Shown here one piece after another: positions 28,606-38,600 of a DNA stretch of 64,000 bases. The position numbers and the translations under genes were made by a program. Below the pieces are notes generated by a model, which was given only the letters and a program-made list of their open reading frames with translations, was not told the origin of the DNA and did no database searches. Position 1 is the stretch's first letter. Each line of letters opens with the position of its first letter. Source of the stretch: a bacterium (GTDB taxonomy: Bacteria; Zhuqueibacterota; Zhuqueibacteria; Residuimicrobiales; Krinioviventaceae); NCBI GenBank assembly GCA_963693055.1, contig OY843751.1:1664001-1728000 (forward strand), written 5' to 3'.

Positions 28606-31224
28606 TTAATTTTTGCGTTGTAAAAAGCTAAATAACCAACCTGTTACAAAACAGGTTAAAAATCCGGTTGTGGTATAGAGTAAAACATGTACGGGTTTGT
28701 AAACGCCTACAAAATATTGTACAATGATACTAGCTGCAATTCCCAGAATTGCCCCGGTACCATTTGCTTTTTTAGAAACAATGCCTAATAGAAATACACC
28801 ACCCAGACTACCAAGAACCAGTCCCAGTACTTTGTTAAATTCATCCCAGAGGGACTTTATATCCCAGGTTGCCATAAAAATGGCAAACAGGATTCCCGCA
28901 ATACCTACAATAAATGATGCTGTTCTGGCAGCTTTGAGAAAATGGCTGTCACTGCCTTTTCCGAACCGTCTGTGTATATCATTAATATAGGCAGTAGCTG
29001 CTGAGTTGATACTGCTGGATAGACTGGACATGGATGCTGCAAATATTCCGGCAATCAGTAATCCGCTTACACCGGCAGGTAGATTGTTCATAATGTACCA
29101 GGGGAATATTGCATCTGCTTCTTTGAGTGTAAGGCTGATTTGCTGTGGATTTTGTCGATAGAATACAAATAATGCCGTACCTATTGTAAAGAATAATAAT
29201 GTAGCAGGAATGACCATAATGGCATTAGTCCATACGGTTTTAGATGCTGCTTTTGTAGAGTTGACAGTAAGGTAACGCTGGACCATGGTTTGGTCTGTTC
29301 CATACGTGGTTATGTTTGTAAAAATAGATGCAATGATAACGGTCCAAAATCCGGGTTGTTTGAGATCAAATACCATGTTAAGTATATTGAATTTCTGATA
29401 ATCGATCCCGGTTTCTATAATGCCTATCAGTCCGTGGGGTACATGTACAATAATTAAAATTAGAGAAAGAAAAGCACCTCCCAACAGTACAATGACTTGT
29501 AAAACATCCGTCCAGATTACTGCTTCAATACCCCCAATTGCTGTATAAATCAGGCTGAAAACGCCCATAAGCAGGATGCAGGTAAAAATATCAATTCCCG
29601 TGACTACATTGAGAGCAATGGAGGGAAGGAACAAAACAATACCCATTCTACCAATCTGGAATATAATAAATGTCAGACTGCCAATCAGTCTTGTAAGCAG
29701 ATTGAAACGGACTTCGAGGTACTCGTAGGCAGTGGTAATATTTAATTTGCGATAATAGGGGACGAACAGAATTACTATGACCGGTGCAATCATGAAAATA
29801 CCCATATTGAGCATAAAATAGGACCAGTCAGTGGTAAAGGTTTTTGCAGGGATAGCCATAAATGTAATTGCGCTGAGAGCAGTACCAAATAACGATAATC
29901 CTGCTGCCCACCAGGGAATACGACCACCGCCTTTGAAAAAATCGTTTGTGCTTTTTTGGCGTTTGCTGAAATACCATCCCATAGCGGCAAGTATACTAAA
30001 ATAGATAATCAGTACAATCGAATTGATCCAGCCGAATTTGTCAGTTACTTCCGGAATGGCTATAATAGATATTTGAGGCGTTCTTACTCCCGGGTGAATT
30101 TCACCGGAAGGGAGTATGAATTTATCTTTCCATGGCACGAGTGTAGTCGTGACCTGGGTGGGTACTTGCAGTGTATCAAACGTGTATAGTTTGGATGTGA
30201 TGGTGTTGTACACCCGAATTTCTCTGTTGAATCCTTTATGGTTTACCAGATGCTGTTGTAATTTATATTCAAGATCTTTGTAGGCTTTTGAACCGGTTTT
30301 TTCATTAGCCAAAGATTGTTTGATCTTTTGTTCCTTTAACAGACCGGACCCATCAGCGGCACCGGGAAATACAATGTTGTTTGCGCCAATGGCAAAGCCT
30401 GTTCCTGCCATAACCGGAAATTGTGTTTCTCCGTTGGGGGCAAGGTTTTTCCAGGTATTAAAAATCGGATCAAAGGCATACCCATCAGTAAGCACATCAA
30501 TACCTGCTTTGGTTTCGTTTCGACCGCTGAATAGATATATGTTATTGCTCACTCCGTTGCTTTGTACTACCGCAACAGGGAGTATGCGTGGCGGTCCCGG
30601 CCAGGGATTTAAGGTTTGCCATTTGAAATCCGGATTATCAATTTTTGACAGATCAAGGCTGTAAAAATGACGGGTTTGATCTCCGTTTAATGTACTTTTT
30701 CCTCCAAGAACGTATATTGTTTGGTCGATTTGTACTGCTGCGTGATTGCAAAGGGGAACAGGCAGATCCGGTAAATCAGTAAATTTAATGGATTCCGATT
30801 TCGGATCCCACATCATGATAAATACATTGGGGAATATAGAGTTTTGATCATTCCCGCCAATGCATAAAACTTCCTGTTCAAGAGTGAGGGATGTCCCATA
30901 AGCTATGGGAAAGGGGAGTGCAAAAGTCTTTGGGTGCCAGTGCAAATTGTTTTCATCTTCCAGATGCAATACATAGATTTCGTTATTGTAGATTTTTGTT
31001 CCGCCCTCCCAGGGCATCTTTTCCGGGAAATTGGCACCACCAGCAATGAGCAGGGCATTGTTGCTGATTCCTGCAAATGCACCGGCTACTCCAGGTTGTT
31101 TATCATTATCCTGAAGTGGTGGGAGCTCGGGTAGTTGATCAAGCTGGATTTGATTCGCCGCAAAAACTGAAATGTTGATTGATGTTATAAAAACGAGTAA
31201 AAATCGAAGCATTTTAATTATCAT
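28606..31224 (-). CDS. NanM-like Kelch mutarotase fused to a sodium:solute symporter (SiaT-like)
   Basis: Signal peptide; AGGANFP...W..G.K Kelch repeats and SGEIHPGVRTP; then SSS motifs GGGRIPWWA, SAITFMAIP, AVIWTD, DQTMVQRY. Confidence 0.88.
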   Translation of the reverse strand: MIIKMLRFLLVFITSINISVFAANQIQLDQLPELPPLQDNDKQPGVAGAFAGISNNALLIAGGANFPEKMPWEGGTKIYNNEIYVLHLEDENNLHWHPKTFALPFPIAYGTSLTLEQEVLCIGGNDQNSIFPNVFIMMWDPKSESIKFTDLPDLPVPLCNHAAVQIDQTIYVLGGKSTLNGDQTRHFYSLDLSKIDNPDFKWQTLNPWPGPPRILPVAVVQSNGVSNNIYLFSGRNETKAGIDVLTDGYAFDPIFNTWKNLAPNGETQFPVMAGTGFAIGANNIVFPGAADGSGLLKEQKIKQSLANEKTGSKAYKDLEYKLQQHLVNHKGFNREIRVYNTITSKLYTFDTLQVPTQVTTTLVPWKDKFILPSGEIHPGVRTPQISIIAIPEVTDKFGWINSIVLIIYFSILAAMGWYFSKRQKSTNDFFKGGGRIPWWAAGLSLFGTALSAITFMAIPAKTFTTDWSYFMLNMGIFMIAPVIVILFVPYYRKLNITTAYEYLEVRFNLLTRLIGSLTFIIFQIGRMGIVLFLPSIALNVVTGIDIFTCILLMGVFSLIYTAIGGIEAVIWTDVLQVIVLLGGAFLSLILIIVHVPHGLIGIIETGIDYQKFNILNMVFDLKQPGFWTVIIASIFTNITTYGTDQTMVQRYLTVNSTKAASKTVWTNAIMVIPATLLFFTIGTALFVFYRQNPQQISLTLKEADAIFPWYIMNNLPAGVSGLLIAGIFAASMSSLSSSINSAATAYINDIHRRFGKGSDSHFLKAARTASFIVGIAGILFAIFMATWDIKSLWDEFNKVLGLVLGSLGGVFLLGIVSKKANGTGAILGIAASIIVQYFVGVYKPVHVLLYTTTGFLTCFVTGWLFSFLQRKN

Positions 31225-31924
31225 TTTCGTTTTCCTGTTGAATAAATTCCCAATACGGTGCAAGATGAGCTTTGATGGCAAGACGATATGATTCTGCATC
31301 TGATTCTTTTAAACATTTAAATATATCCCGATGAGTTACTATACTATTGCTTTTATCAAGGTTTTCATTTATAGGACGCCAGTATTCTTCATAATGGGTT
31401 TTAACAAATGAAAAGACAGGATACATGATACTTTGCAGCTGGTCTATAAAATCGTTTCCGGCAATTTGATGGATACGCTGATGAAATTCCTGTTCGCTTT
31501 CAATGCTTCTGTAATTTAACCCAAGCAAATGCTCCCGTTCCAGGATTTGTTGCAGATCGTCTATATCCTTTTCCTGTAATTTGCTAAAGATAAAATCGGT
31601 CATACCAATCTCGAGTGCAAAACGCATTCCCATCAGATTTTTAATGGTCTTTTCGCTAAGTAGCTTGGGTGCAAGTGTGCGTTGAAATCCAATTAGAGGT
31701 TTAGGTTCTGTGATTACAATCCCCCGTTTGGTACGGGATTGTAATATGCCCAGCATTCTCAATCTACTCATGGCTTCTCTGACCACATTTCTGCTTACGC
31801 CAAACATCTCTGTGAAACGGGCTTCATTTGGCAAGGTGTCACCCGGTACTAGGTTTTCTTTTTTGATATAGTCTAGTATTTTTTCTTCTATTTGGTCGGC
31901 CAGGGGCCTGGAATCTATTTCCAT
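31214..31924 (-). CDS. GntR/FadR-family regulator
   Basis: PGDTLPNE...FGVSRNVVREAM HTH; FCD-like C-domain. Confidence 0.9.
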   Translation of the reverse strand: MEIDSRPLADQIEEKILDYIKKENLVPGDTLPNEARFTEMFGVSRNVVREAMSRLRMLGILQSRTKRGIVITEPKPLIGFQRTLAPKLLSEKTIKNLMGMRFALEIGMTDFIFSKLQEKDIDDLQQILEREHLLGLNYRSIESEQEFHQRIHQIAGNDFIDQLQSIMYPVFSFVKTHYEEYWRPINENLDKSNSIVTHRDIFKCLKESDAESYRLAIKAHLAPYWEFIQQENENDN

Positions 31925-31935
31925 GATACAACTCG

Positions 31936-31967
31936 TTTAATTTGTCCTATTTGTAGGACAAATTAAA
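31936..31967. promoter_or_regulatory. Perfect inverted repeat, candidate GntR/FadR operator
   Basis: TTTAATTTGTCCTA-tttg-TAGGACAAATTAAA, 11 nt upstream of the regulator ATG. Confidence 0.7.
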
Positions 31968-32086
31968 TATTTATACTATTATTATCAAGGAATATCTTTT
32001 TTTATTTTCTTGTGATTTTGTTATGATTTGGATATTTTAAAACAGTAGGATTCAGTTTGTTTATCTTGTAAATATATGGAGTCAAG

Positions 32087-33511
32087 ATGAGTCAGCATCC
32101 AGTAAATCGAAGATCTTTTTTGAAATCGGTTGGTGTTCTGGGGGGAGCTCTGGCATTACCTTTTGTTTTTAGTAAATGCGCGAAAAGACAGAAACATAAT
32201 GTTTTATTTATTTCCATAGATGATTTAAACGACTGGGTAGGTTGCATGGGCGGGCATCCCGATGTGAAAACGCCAAACCTGGACAGGCTTGCCAAACGTG
32301 GAGTAATGTTCAGCAAGGCATATTGTGCTGCTCCGGCTTGTAATCCATCACGTGCTGCTCTGATGACCGGAATCCGGCCTTCAACCTCGGGGGTATATAT
32401 AAACTCCCAACCCTGGCGCAAAAGCGAGGTTTTGAAAAATGCTGTAACCATACCCCAGCATTTTATGGCACATGGATACACAGCCAAAGCGAGCGGCAAG
32501 ATTTATCATGGAAATTATCCGGACCCGCAATCCTGGCAGGAATACTGGCCGTCCCAGCAGCAAAATAAACCTGATGATCCACTGCCGCCGGCAGACACTC
32601 TGCCCATTAACGGTATACCCAATACCCGGCATTTTGATTGGGGTCCATTAGAAAATGCCAGTGATGAAATGGGAGACTGGAAAGTAACAGATTGGGTGAT
32701 TGACCAATTACAGCAAAAACATGAAAAACCTTTTTTTATGGGTTGTGGAATCTTTAAACCACATTTGCCCTGGTTTGTGCCCAAGAAATTTTTCCACATG
32801 TATCCTTTGGAATCCATTACTTTGCCCGAAGTGAATGATAATGATTTTGATGATATACCAAAAGCGGGTGATGATATAGCGAGACACCATGACCATGATA
32901 ATGTATTAAAATATCATCAATGGAAGCAGGCTGTACAAGGATATTTGGCAAGTATCAGTTTTGCGGATGAATGTTTGGGGCGCGTTCTGGATGCTCTGGA
33001 TAACAGCGCGTATCGGGATAATACCATCATTGTTTTATGGTCTGATCATGGGTGGCATTTGGGTGAAAAACTCCATTGGAGGAAATTTGCATTATGGGAA
33101 GAGGCCACTCATAATGTAATGATGTGGGTAGTGCCGGGCATGACATCACCGGGACTGCGATGTGATTCACCGGTGAATCTGTTGGATATTTATCCTACAC
33201 TGATCGAACTTTGTGATTTGGAACCCAAACCCGAGCTTGAAGGAACGAGTTTAATGCCGTTGCTTGAAAATCCCAGTTCTTTGTGGGAAAGGCCTTCGTT
33301 GACGACGCATGGTATGAATAATCATAGTCTTCGCAGCAATCGTTGGCGGTATATACAATATGCGGATGGAAGTGAAGAGTTGTATGACCATGATAATGAT
33401 GAGCTAGAATGGACCAATCTGGCAATGGATGAAAAGTATGATTCCGTAAAACAAGAGCTGAAACAATGGCTGCCTACAACCAATGTTGAGCCCATTGCGA
33501 GTGATCGTTAA
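32087..33511 (+). CDS. Formylglycine-dependent (S1) sulfatase, Tat-exported
   Basis: RRSFLK Tat motif; IDDL; CNPSRAALMTG (CxPxR); GKIYH; SDHG. Confidence 0.93.
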   Translation: MSQHPVNRRSFLKSVGVLGGALALPFVFSKCAKRQKHNVLFISIDDLNDWVGCMGGHPDVKTPNLDRLAKRGVMFSKAYCAAPACNPSRAALMTGIRPSTSGVYINSQPWRKSEVLKNAVTIPQHFMAHGYTAKASGKIYHGNYPDPQSWQEYWPSQQQNKPDDPLPPADTLPINGIPNTRHFDWGPLENASDEMGDWKVTDWVIDQLQQKHEKPFFMGCGIFKPHLPWFVPKKFFHMYPLESITLPEVNDNDFDDIPKAGDDIARHHDHDNVLKYHQWKQAVQGYLASISFADECLGRVLDALDNSAYRDNTIIVLWSDHGWHLGEKLHWRKFALWEEATHNVMMWVVPGMTSPGLRCDSPVNLLDIYPTLIELCDLEPKPELEGTSLMPLLENPSSLWERPSLTTHGMNNHSLRSNRWRYIQYADGSEELYDHDNDELEWTNLAMDEKYDSVKQELKQWLPTTNVEPIASDR

Positions 33512-33533
33512 TTTGATTGTTCAGAGGTGTTGA

Positions 33534-34169
33534 TTGAAAAATTCTCTTTTTATTATAGGGCTGTACGTGCTGTCAGGTTTTTCCTGTGTACTGGGACAAG
33601 TTGAGGAACAACCCGATTCGGTTAAAATGCAGATTTTTATCACTTTTTTGCAGGAGCATTTTGACGATATACATGATGTGACCATGTATTATCATCATCA
33701 GGATGTTAACTTGAATGGTCTGATCGTTTTGAATATGGATTGGCAGGGCGGCAGACTGGTTGAAGCAGTGGTTATTGATAATGAAACCGGAAATGATCAG
33801 CTTGCTGAGGATTTGATCTCGGTGTTGAAAACATGGAAAATTGATAATTTAGGTCCGTTACAAACGCAACTTCCTTTAAGAATAAAGATTGTAGGCAAGG
33901 ATGATCCTGAATTCCTGCATACAGGGATTATAACCGGAGAAATTATCGATGCCGCGGGCAATCCGTTAAGCGGAACGAAAATTTCTTTCAAGGGTAAGGC
34001 AGTTGTACCTGATGCCCGGACTAATCGTAAAGGTATATTTGTAAGAACATTGATTCCACCGGGGAAATATGATGTATATTTAAATGTTCAGGATAGCGAA
34101 TCAGTAATGATTAAATCGGTAGACCTGAGTGCCGGTAAACATGAACGAATAAATTATATTTTACAATAA
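33534..34169 (+). CDS. Secreted protein: TonB-C/AgmX-like domain plus carboxypeptidase-regulatory-like domain
   Basis: LNGLIVLNM...VIDNETGNDQLAEDLISVLKTW; GIITGEIIDAAGNPLSG...IPPGKY; TTG start after GAGGT. Confidence 0.5.
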   Translation: MKNSLFIIGLYVLSGFSCVLGQVEEQPDSVKMQIFITFLQEHFDDIHDVTMYYHHQDVNLNGLIVLNMDWQGGRLVEAVVIDNETGNDQLAEDLISVLKTWKIDNLGPLQTQLPLRIKIVGKDDPEFLHTGIITGEIIDAAGNPLSGTKISFKGKAVVPDARTNRKGIFVRTLIPPGKYDVYLNVQDSESVMIKSVDLSAGKHERINYILQ

Positions 34170-34182
34170 TTCTTTTAAATGA

Positions 34183-34210
34183 TAAAAAAGGGGCAAAAGC
34201 CCCTTTTTTA
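34183..34210. terminator. Bidirectional terminator
   Basis: TAAAAAAGGGGC-aaaa-GCCCCTTTTTTA. Confidence 0.8.
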
Positions 34211-35496
34211 TTTTTAATATATTTTGCAATATTATATCTAGAATACATAAAGATAGATGGATTCTGCTCAAAACAGGACAAATTGTGTATTAATAACTTT
34301 TCGGTTGAACGTATTGCTTTATTTCCGTCTTTGCTGTTTAATTGGCGCAATTTGTACAGATATTCTGCATCCTCAAGGCTGTCCCAGATATTTTCCAAAC
34401 ATAATGTTGTGATTGGTGGAGCGATGAGCGCCTTTTCAGGTTTTTCCCGTTGGGGTGGATACATTAATCGACCATCACCATTGCCCCCATTACCATTCTC
34501 GGGACTAATGGACATTGCCTGTTCTCACGCATTTTGAAGCCAATATGTGAGTTTATAGTATAAAATACCATTGGTTTGGTACTTGTCAGTCATCCAGAGA
34601 CGAATACGATGATTGATGGCGGGATGATCAATGAAATTATTAGGATAAGGCGCCTTGGGACCAGTACATACATACCACCAAACTTTTTCCCCCAGCTCTT
34701 GACGTTCAAGGCTTCGTTCAGGATTAAAATGGTTAAAGATCGGGACCCATAAATTTTTAGTATCATAAAAATACGGGACCGGGCATCTTCATGGTTAAAA
34801 GTGAGTAATCGTCTCATATCAGGACAAGCTTCTTTTAATAATTCAAATCCCGGTAATATTGAAGGATAGGTAGAAAGTGGTGGTTCATCAACCCAATACC
34901 AATAAAGCTAATCAAGCCATCCTTTTTCTTTCAAGTGCTCCTGGATTTGACCATAAATCAGTTAAAACAAACGGTTATATTCCGGAGTGAAGCGTTTATG
35001 ACTGTTTAGTTGTCCCGGCAATTTGTCAAACCTGAAGGAGTTGAAAAGAAATTCGTCAATATAACGTTCCATTGTCGTGTCAAAATCGGTATTTGTTGAT
35101 CTTTATTTGATTCAAGATAACATGCGGCATATCCCACTGCGGGGGCTGTTATGTTGAATATTTTTTGAGGTCAATATAATCATTCTCTTCATTTATAAGG
35201 AACCATTGGCGTGCCTGATTTTTCGGTTCTGTGATTTTTAGTCCTGGTTCGAAAAGTATTCCAGTTTCTCCGCCAGCAGGTTTCAAATAGTCAAAATAAA
35301 AGCCAAGTGTTGTTTCATCGTGCAGGTATTCCGTAACTCCTTCTGCCAATGGATTAGGAAATGGGCCACATAATACCCAATCTTTAATAAACTCGCTACT
35401 GTTAACATTTATAGCCGGAATTTCATTGCTGAACGCAGAGTTGACAATTCCGGCTAGTATAATAATAAAGATTAATATAGCTGGTTTTTTCAGCAT
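34210..35496 (-). pseudogene. DUF4091/GH123-like glycoside hydrolase pseudogene with a probable large internal deletion
   Basis: Reconstructed fragments KGWLD*LYWYWVDEP, VWWYVCTGPKAPYPNNFIDHP, NGDGRLMYP, LENIWDSLEDAEYL; stops at 34962-64, 34908-10, 34525-27 plus frameshifts. Confidence 0.8.
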
Positions 35497-35575
35497 ATGA
35501 GTAGCTCCGTGAAAATGTTTGTAAAAGGGATTTGTAAATAAATTAATCTGGATTTCTTATAATATCTGAAAAGAT

Positions 35576-35605
35576 GTGAGAACGAGCACATTTACCCGTT
35601 CTCAC
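35576..35605. terminator. Hairpin downstream of the large secreted gene
   Basis: GTGAGAACG...CGTTCTCAC. Confidence 0.5.
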
Positions 35606-35616
35606 CTTAGGTGGAT

Positions 35617-38600
35617 TTATTTTTCAAGTTTTTCCAATAATGTCATGATTTCTTTTCTTGTTGATTGGATCTTTTGCCAGCGAGCATCTTCAACTTTTCT
35701 GAGCACAGACATTCCGTCGTTTGTTGGCTGTGTTCCATCAGCATCCCAACCGCAAAAGGCCGCAATTTCAAAAGTATTTGTGTTTAACAGTTTTTGGGCT
35801 GCCTGTTTTATTTGTGGATCTGCATTTTGAGCATTATTTACTGTTTGTTTAAATAATTGCAGCATACTAAAATCTTCAACTCCATCTCGAATGGCTTCCC
35901 AGCGTTTGCTTGCAACAACACCATCGCCCTGGTATATCAATAAATAGTCATTGCCGCCTACAGGTGTAAACCAGGGATTGTATCGTGATGTACAATAAGA
36001 CCAAAAACCAATTCCGGTTAGATCGTGATGATCTGCTAACCAGGCTTGTGCCCGGTAATAACCCAGAGGAGACTGGTGCTTTGCATTGCCATCACACGCA
36101 TACGTCCAGATGGTTTTATTTGTGGATTTAATAAATGCCAGTTTGTCTGCTCCTATATCAAGAAGATAATCGTTTCGGTTTGGGCACCAGATATCTACAT
36201 AGGGAGCCATTTTTTCTAGATCTTCCATAGAAGCTTTACCCACAGGATCGGTATAAATTTGTACTTGTTCATCAACTTTGCGAATGACTTTGGAATAAGA
36301 GACGAATTTTTCTACCAATCCTTTATGTAAACCGGGCTCATCGATGGGGTAGAGGGCATAGTCTTTATAGTCGATTCCCAGAGTTTTTATGTGATTAAAC
36401 CAGGCTTTTAGCCATTCGGCGTGGGCTTTTTCCCAAACCGGATCAAACGGCTTTGCCGGTCCACTCAATGAGTGCTGGTAATTAAAAAAGAGTATGGTGC
36501 CGTGTGGTGAATGGTTTTTCATATATACATCGTGTTTACTGAAATCGATATTTCCTATTATATTACCGTTTTCATCAAATTTGGCTTTGGGTGAAAAATC
36601 ATTCGTAGCAACAAAAACATTTGTACCATGACTTACTTGATCATCGAGAGCTAACTGCGGCATGTCTTTGAGAATAGAATTATGTACATAACCCCAGTGA
36701 CACAAGTTGAGCTCTTGTTTTACGGGTAATGCAATTTTTGATACATTCACTACAAGATTGGCAACAGCCTCTCTGGATTTTGGTTCCAGTGAACGTATAC
36801 GAATGGCGCTTTTCCAAACTCCGGGATTTAAAGTCGAGGTGTTGACATTAATCCACAATTGACGCAAACCCCATTGCGGAATCAATAAAGTTTGACCCTG
36901 TCCGAGAAGTGGAAGTGCATCACCGGAATTGTCCAACATTTCTGTTGGTACATCAATAACTTGATGCAAAGTCATCACTTTTGAGGCAAGTATGGTACTT
37001 GAATCTTTGGCTGATATAAACCCATCTGGTTCAATTCTTACAAATATGGGTTTATCACTGAAATTTGCAAGGTTAAATGCAGCGGATTCTGTTTCTCCTG
37101 CAAATGCATATACAGAGACATTGGGCGCATCCGTACGGCCTTCAATGATTTCGTCGCTATTGCCAAATGGAGCCCAGGGATTAGCGGCATATACAGCCAA
37201 TGTTGTGCCCGCATCAATTGCGGCCTCTGCCATTTTTAACAGAGCTGTAGCTTCTTTGCGTAGCGTGGCAACCTGCTCTCTTGTTTCAATCCGTTGTAGA
37301 TTGTCAAGTGTTCCGGCTACCTCTGTTTTTTCTTGTAGTACAGAAAAACGAAATTCTAATAATTTAGACTGATCTGCAACAAATTTTGATTTGGATAGTT
37401 GTGGTAATAATGATTTGACATTTGCCAGGATAGATTTAATATCAGAAATGTCTTTAGCATAGGGAATAATATAAAATGCTTTTTCAATCTTAGAAATTAC
37501 ATGCTTGCCTTGTTTTAATTTTGCAATAAATTGAATGTTAACGGCGTTTCGGGCAGTCAAAGAATATAAAAGTTTAAAATCAAAAGTTGAATCTTGAAAA
37601 GTTGCTGTTTGTAAAAGTGTAGAAGAATTGTTTTTAATGATAGCAAGTTCGATTTCAAGTTTTTTCTTTTCGGGATTTTTCATTGTAACTGAAAAATTGT
37701 TTTCCCCGACATACATATTACCATAATCTATTGATGCAATATGTGCAGTTAAAGATTTTGGGGCATGTTGCAGAGTGCCCGTTCGTGCTGAATTACCACG
37801 ATATTCCGAAAATTGAACGAGAGGTGTAAAGTTGGAATTGGATTTGGTCCACGTGAAAGCACTAACATTATTCGTAGTAGGACAAATAACTGTCAAATGC
37901 CCATTGTTTTTAAAATCAACAATGGTGGGGCTGGAATTGCATTTTCCCAAGAGTGGAATATCTTCTTCAAGATCCCCTTCAATAGAATAGACATGCAAAT
38001 GCGCGTTATTCCCTGCAATTAATATTTCAAGTTTAGAGTCATTATTAATATCTGCAATTGTGGGTGAACGTCTGGCTTTTTCGGATATTTTGGCAGTCCA
38101 TTGCAGCTTTCCTTTGGCGTTGATGCAGGCAATGTTTCCCATGAAATCAATTGCAATAATTTCTTTTATTCCATCCAAATCAATATCACCAACGGAGACA
38201 CCATCATGGATGGGATGCTCCATGGCATATTGCCAAATGATTTCTCCCTTATTGTTTAGAACAGTTAAATCCTCGGCACAGCTCGTAATAATTTCAGTTT
38301 TATTGTCATTGTCAAGATCGTAAACCAATGGACTTGTACCAGATGATTTTCCTTTAATATGCCACAGTTCTTTTCCTTTGTTGGAAAAACAAATCAATGG
38401 AAAAGTTGAACTCCCTGCAAGAATTTCATTTTCACCATCTTTATTCAGATCTGCAATGGCGGGGCAGGTATTAAAATTTCCATCAATCTTGATTTGCCAA
38501 AGCTGTTTGCCGAAAGAATCAAGGCAGGTGAGGTGTCCCTTGCTGTCTGCAGCAATGATTTCCAGTTTATTATCATTTAATAGATTCCCCACAGCCAGAC

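Noticed and set aside
34111-34515. Independent 134-aa gene (also 34590-34817 and 35149-35496)
   Set aside because: These are fragments of one DUF4091-type pseudogene; the first reads through the terminator hairpin
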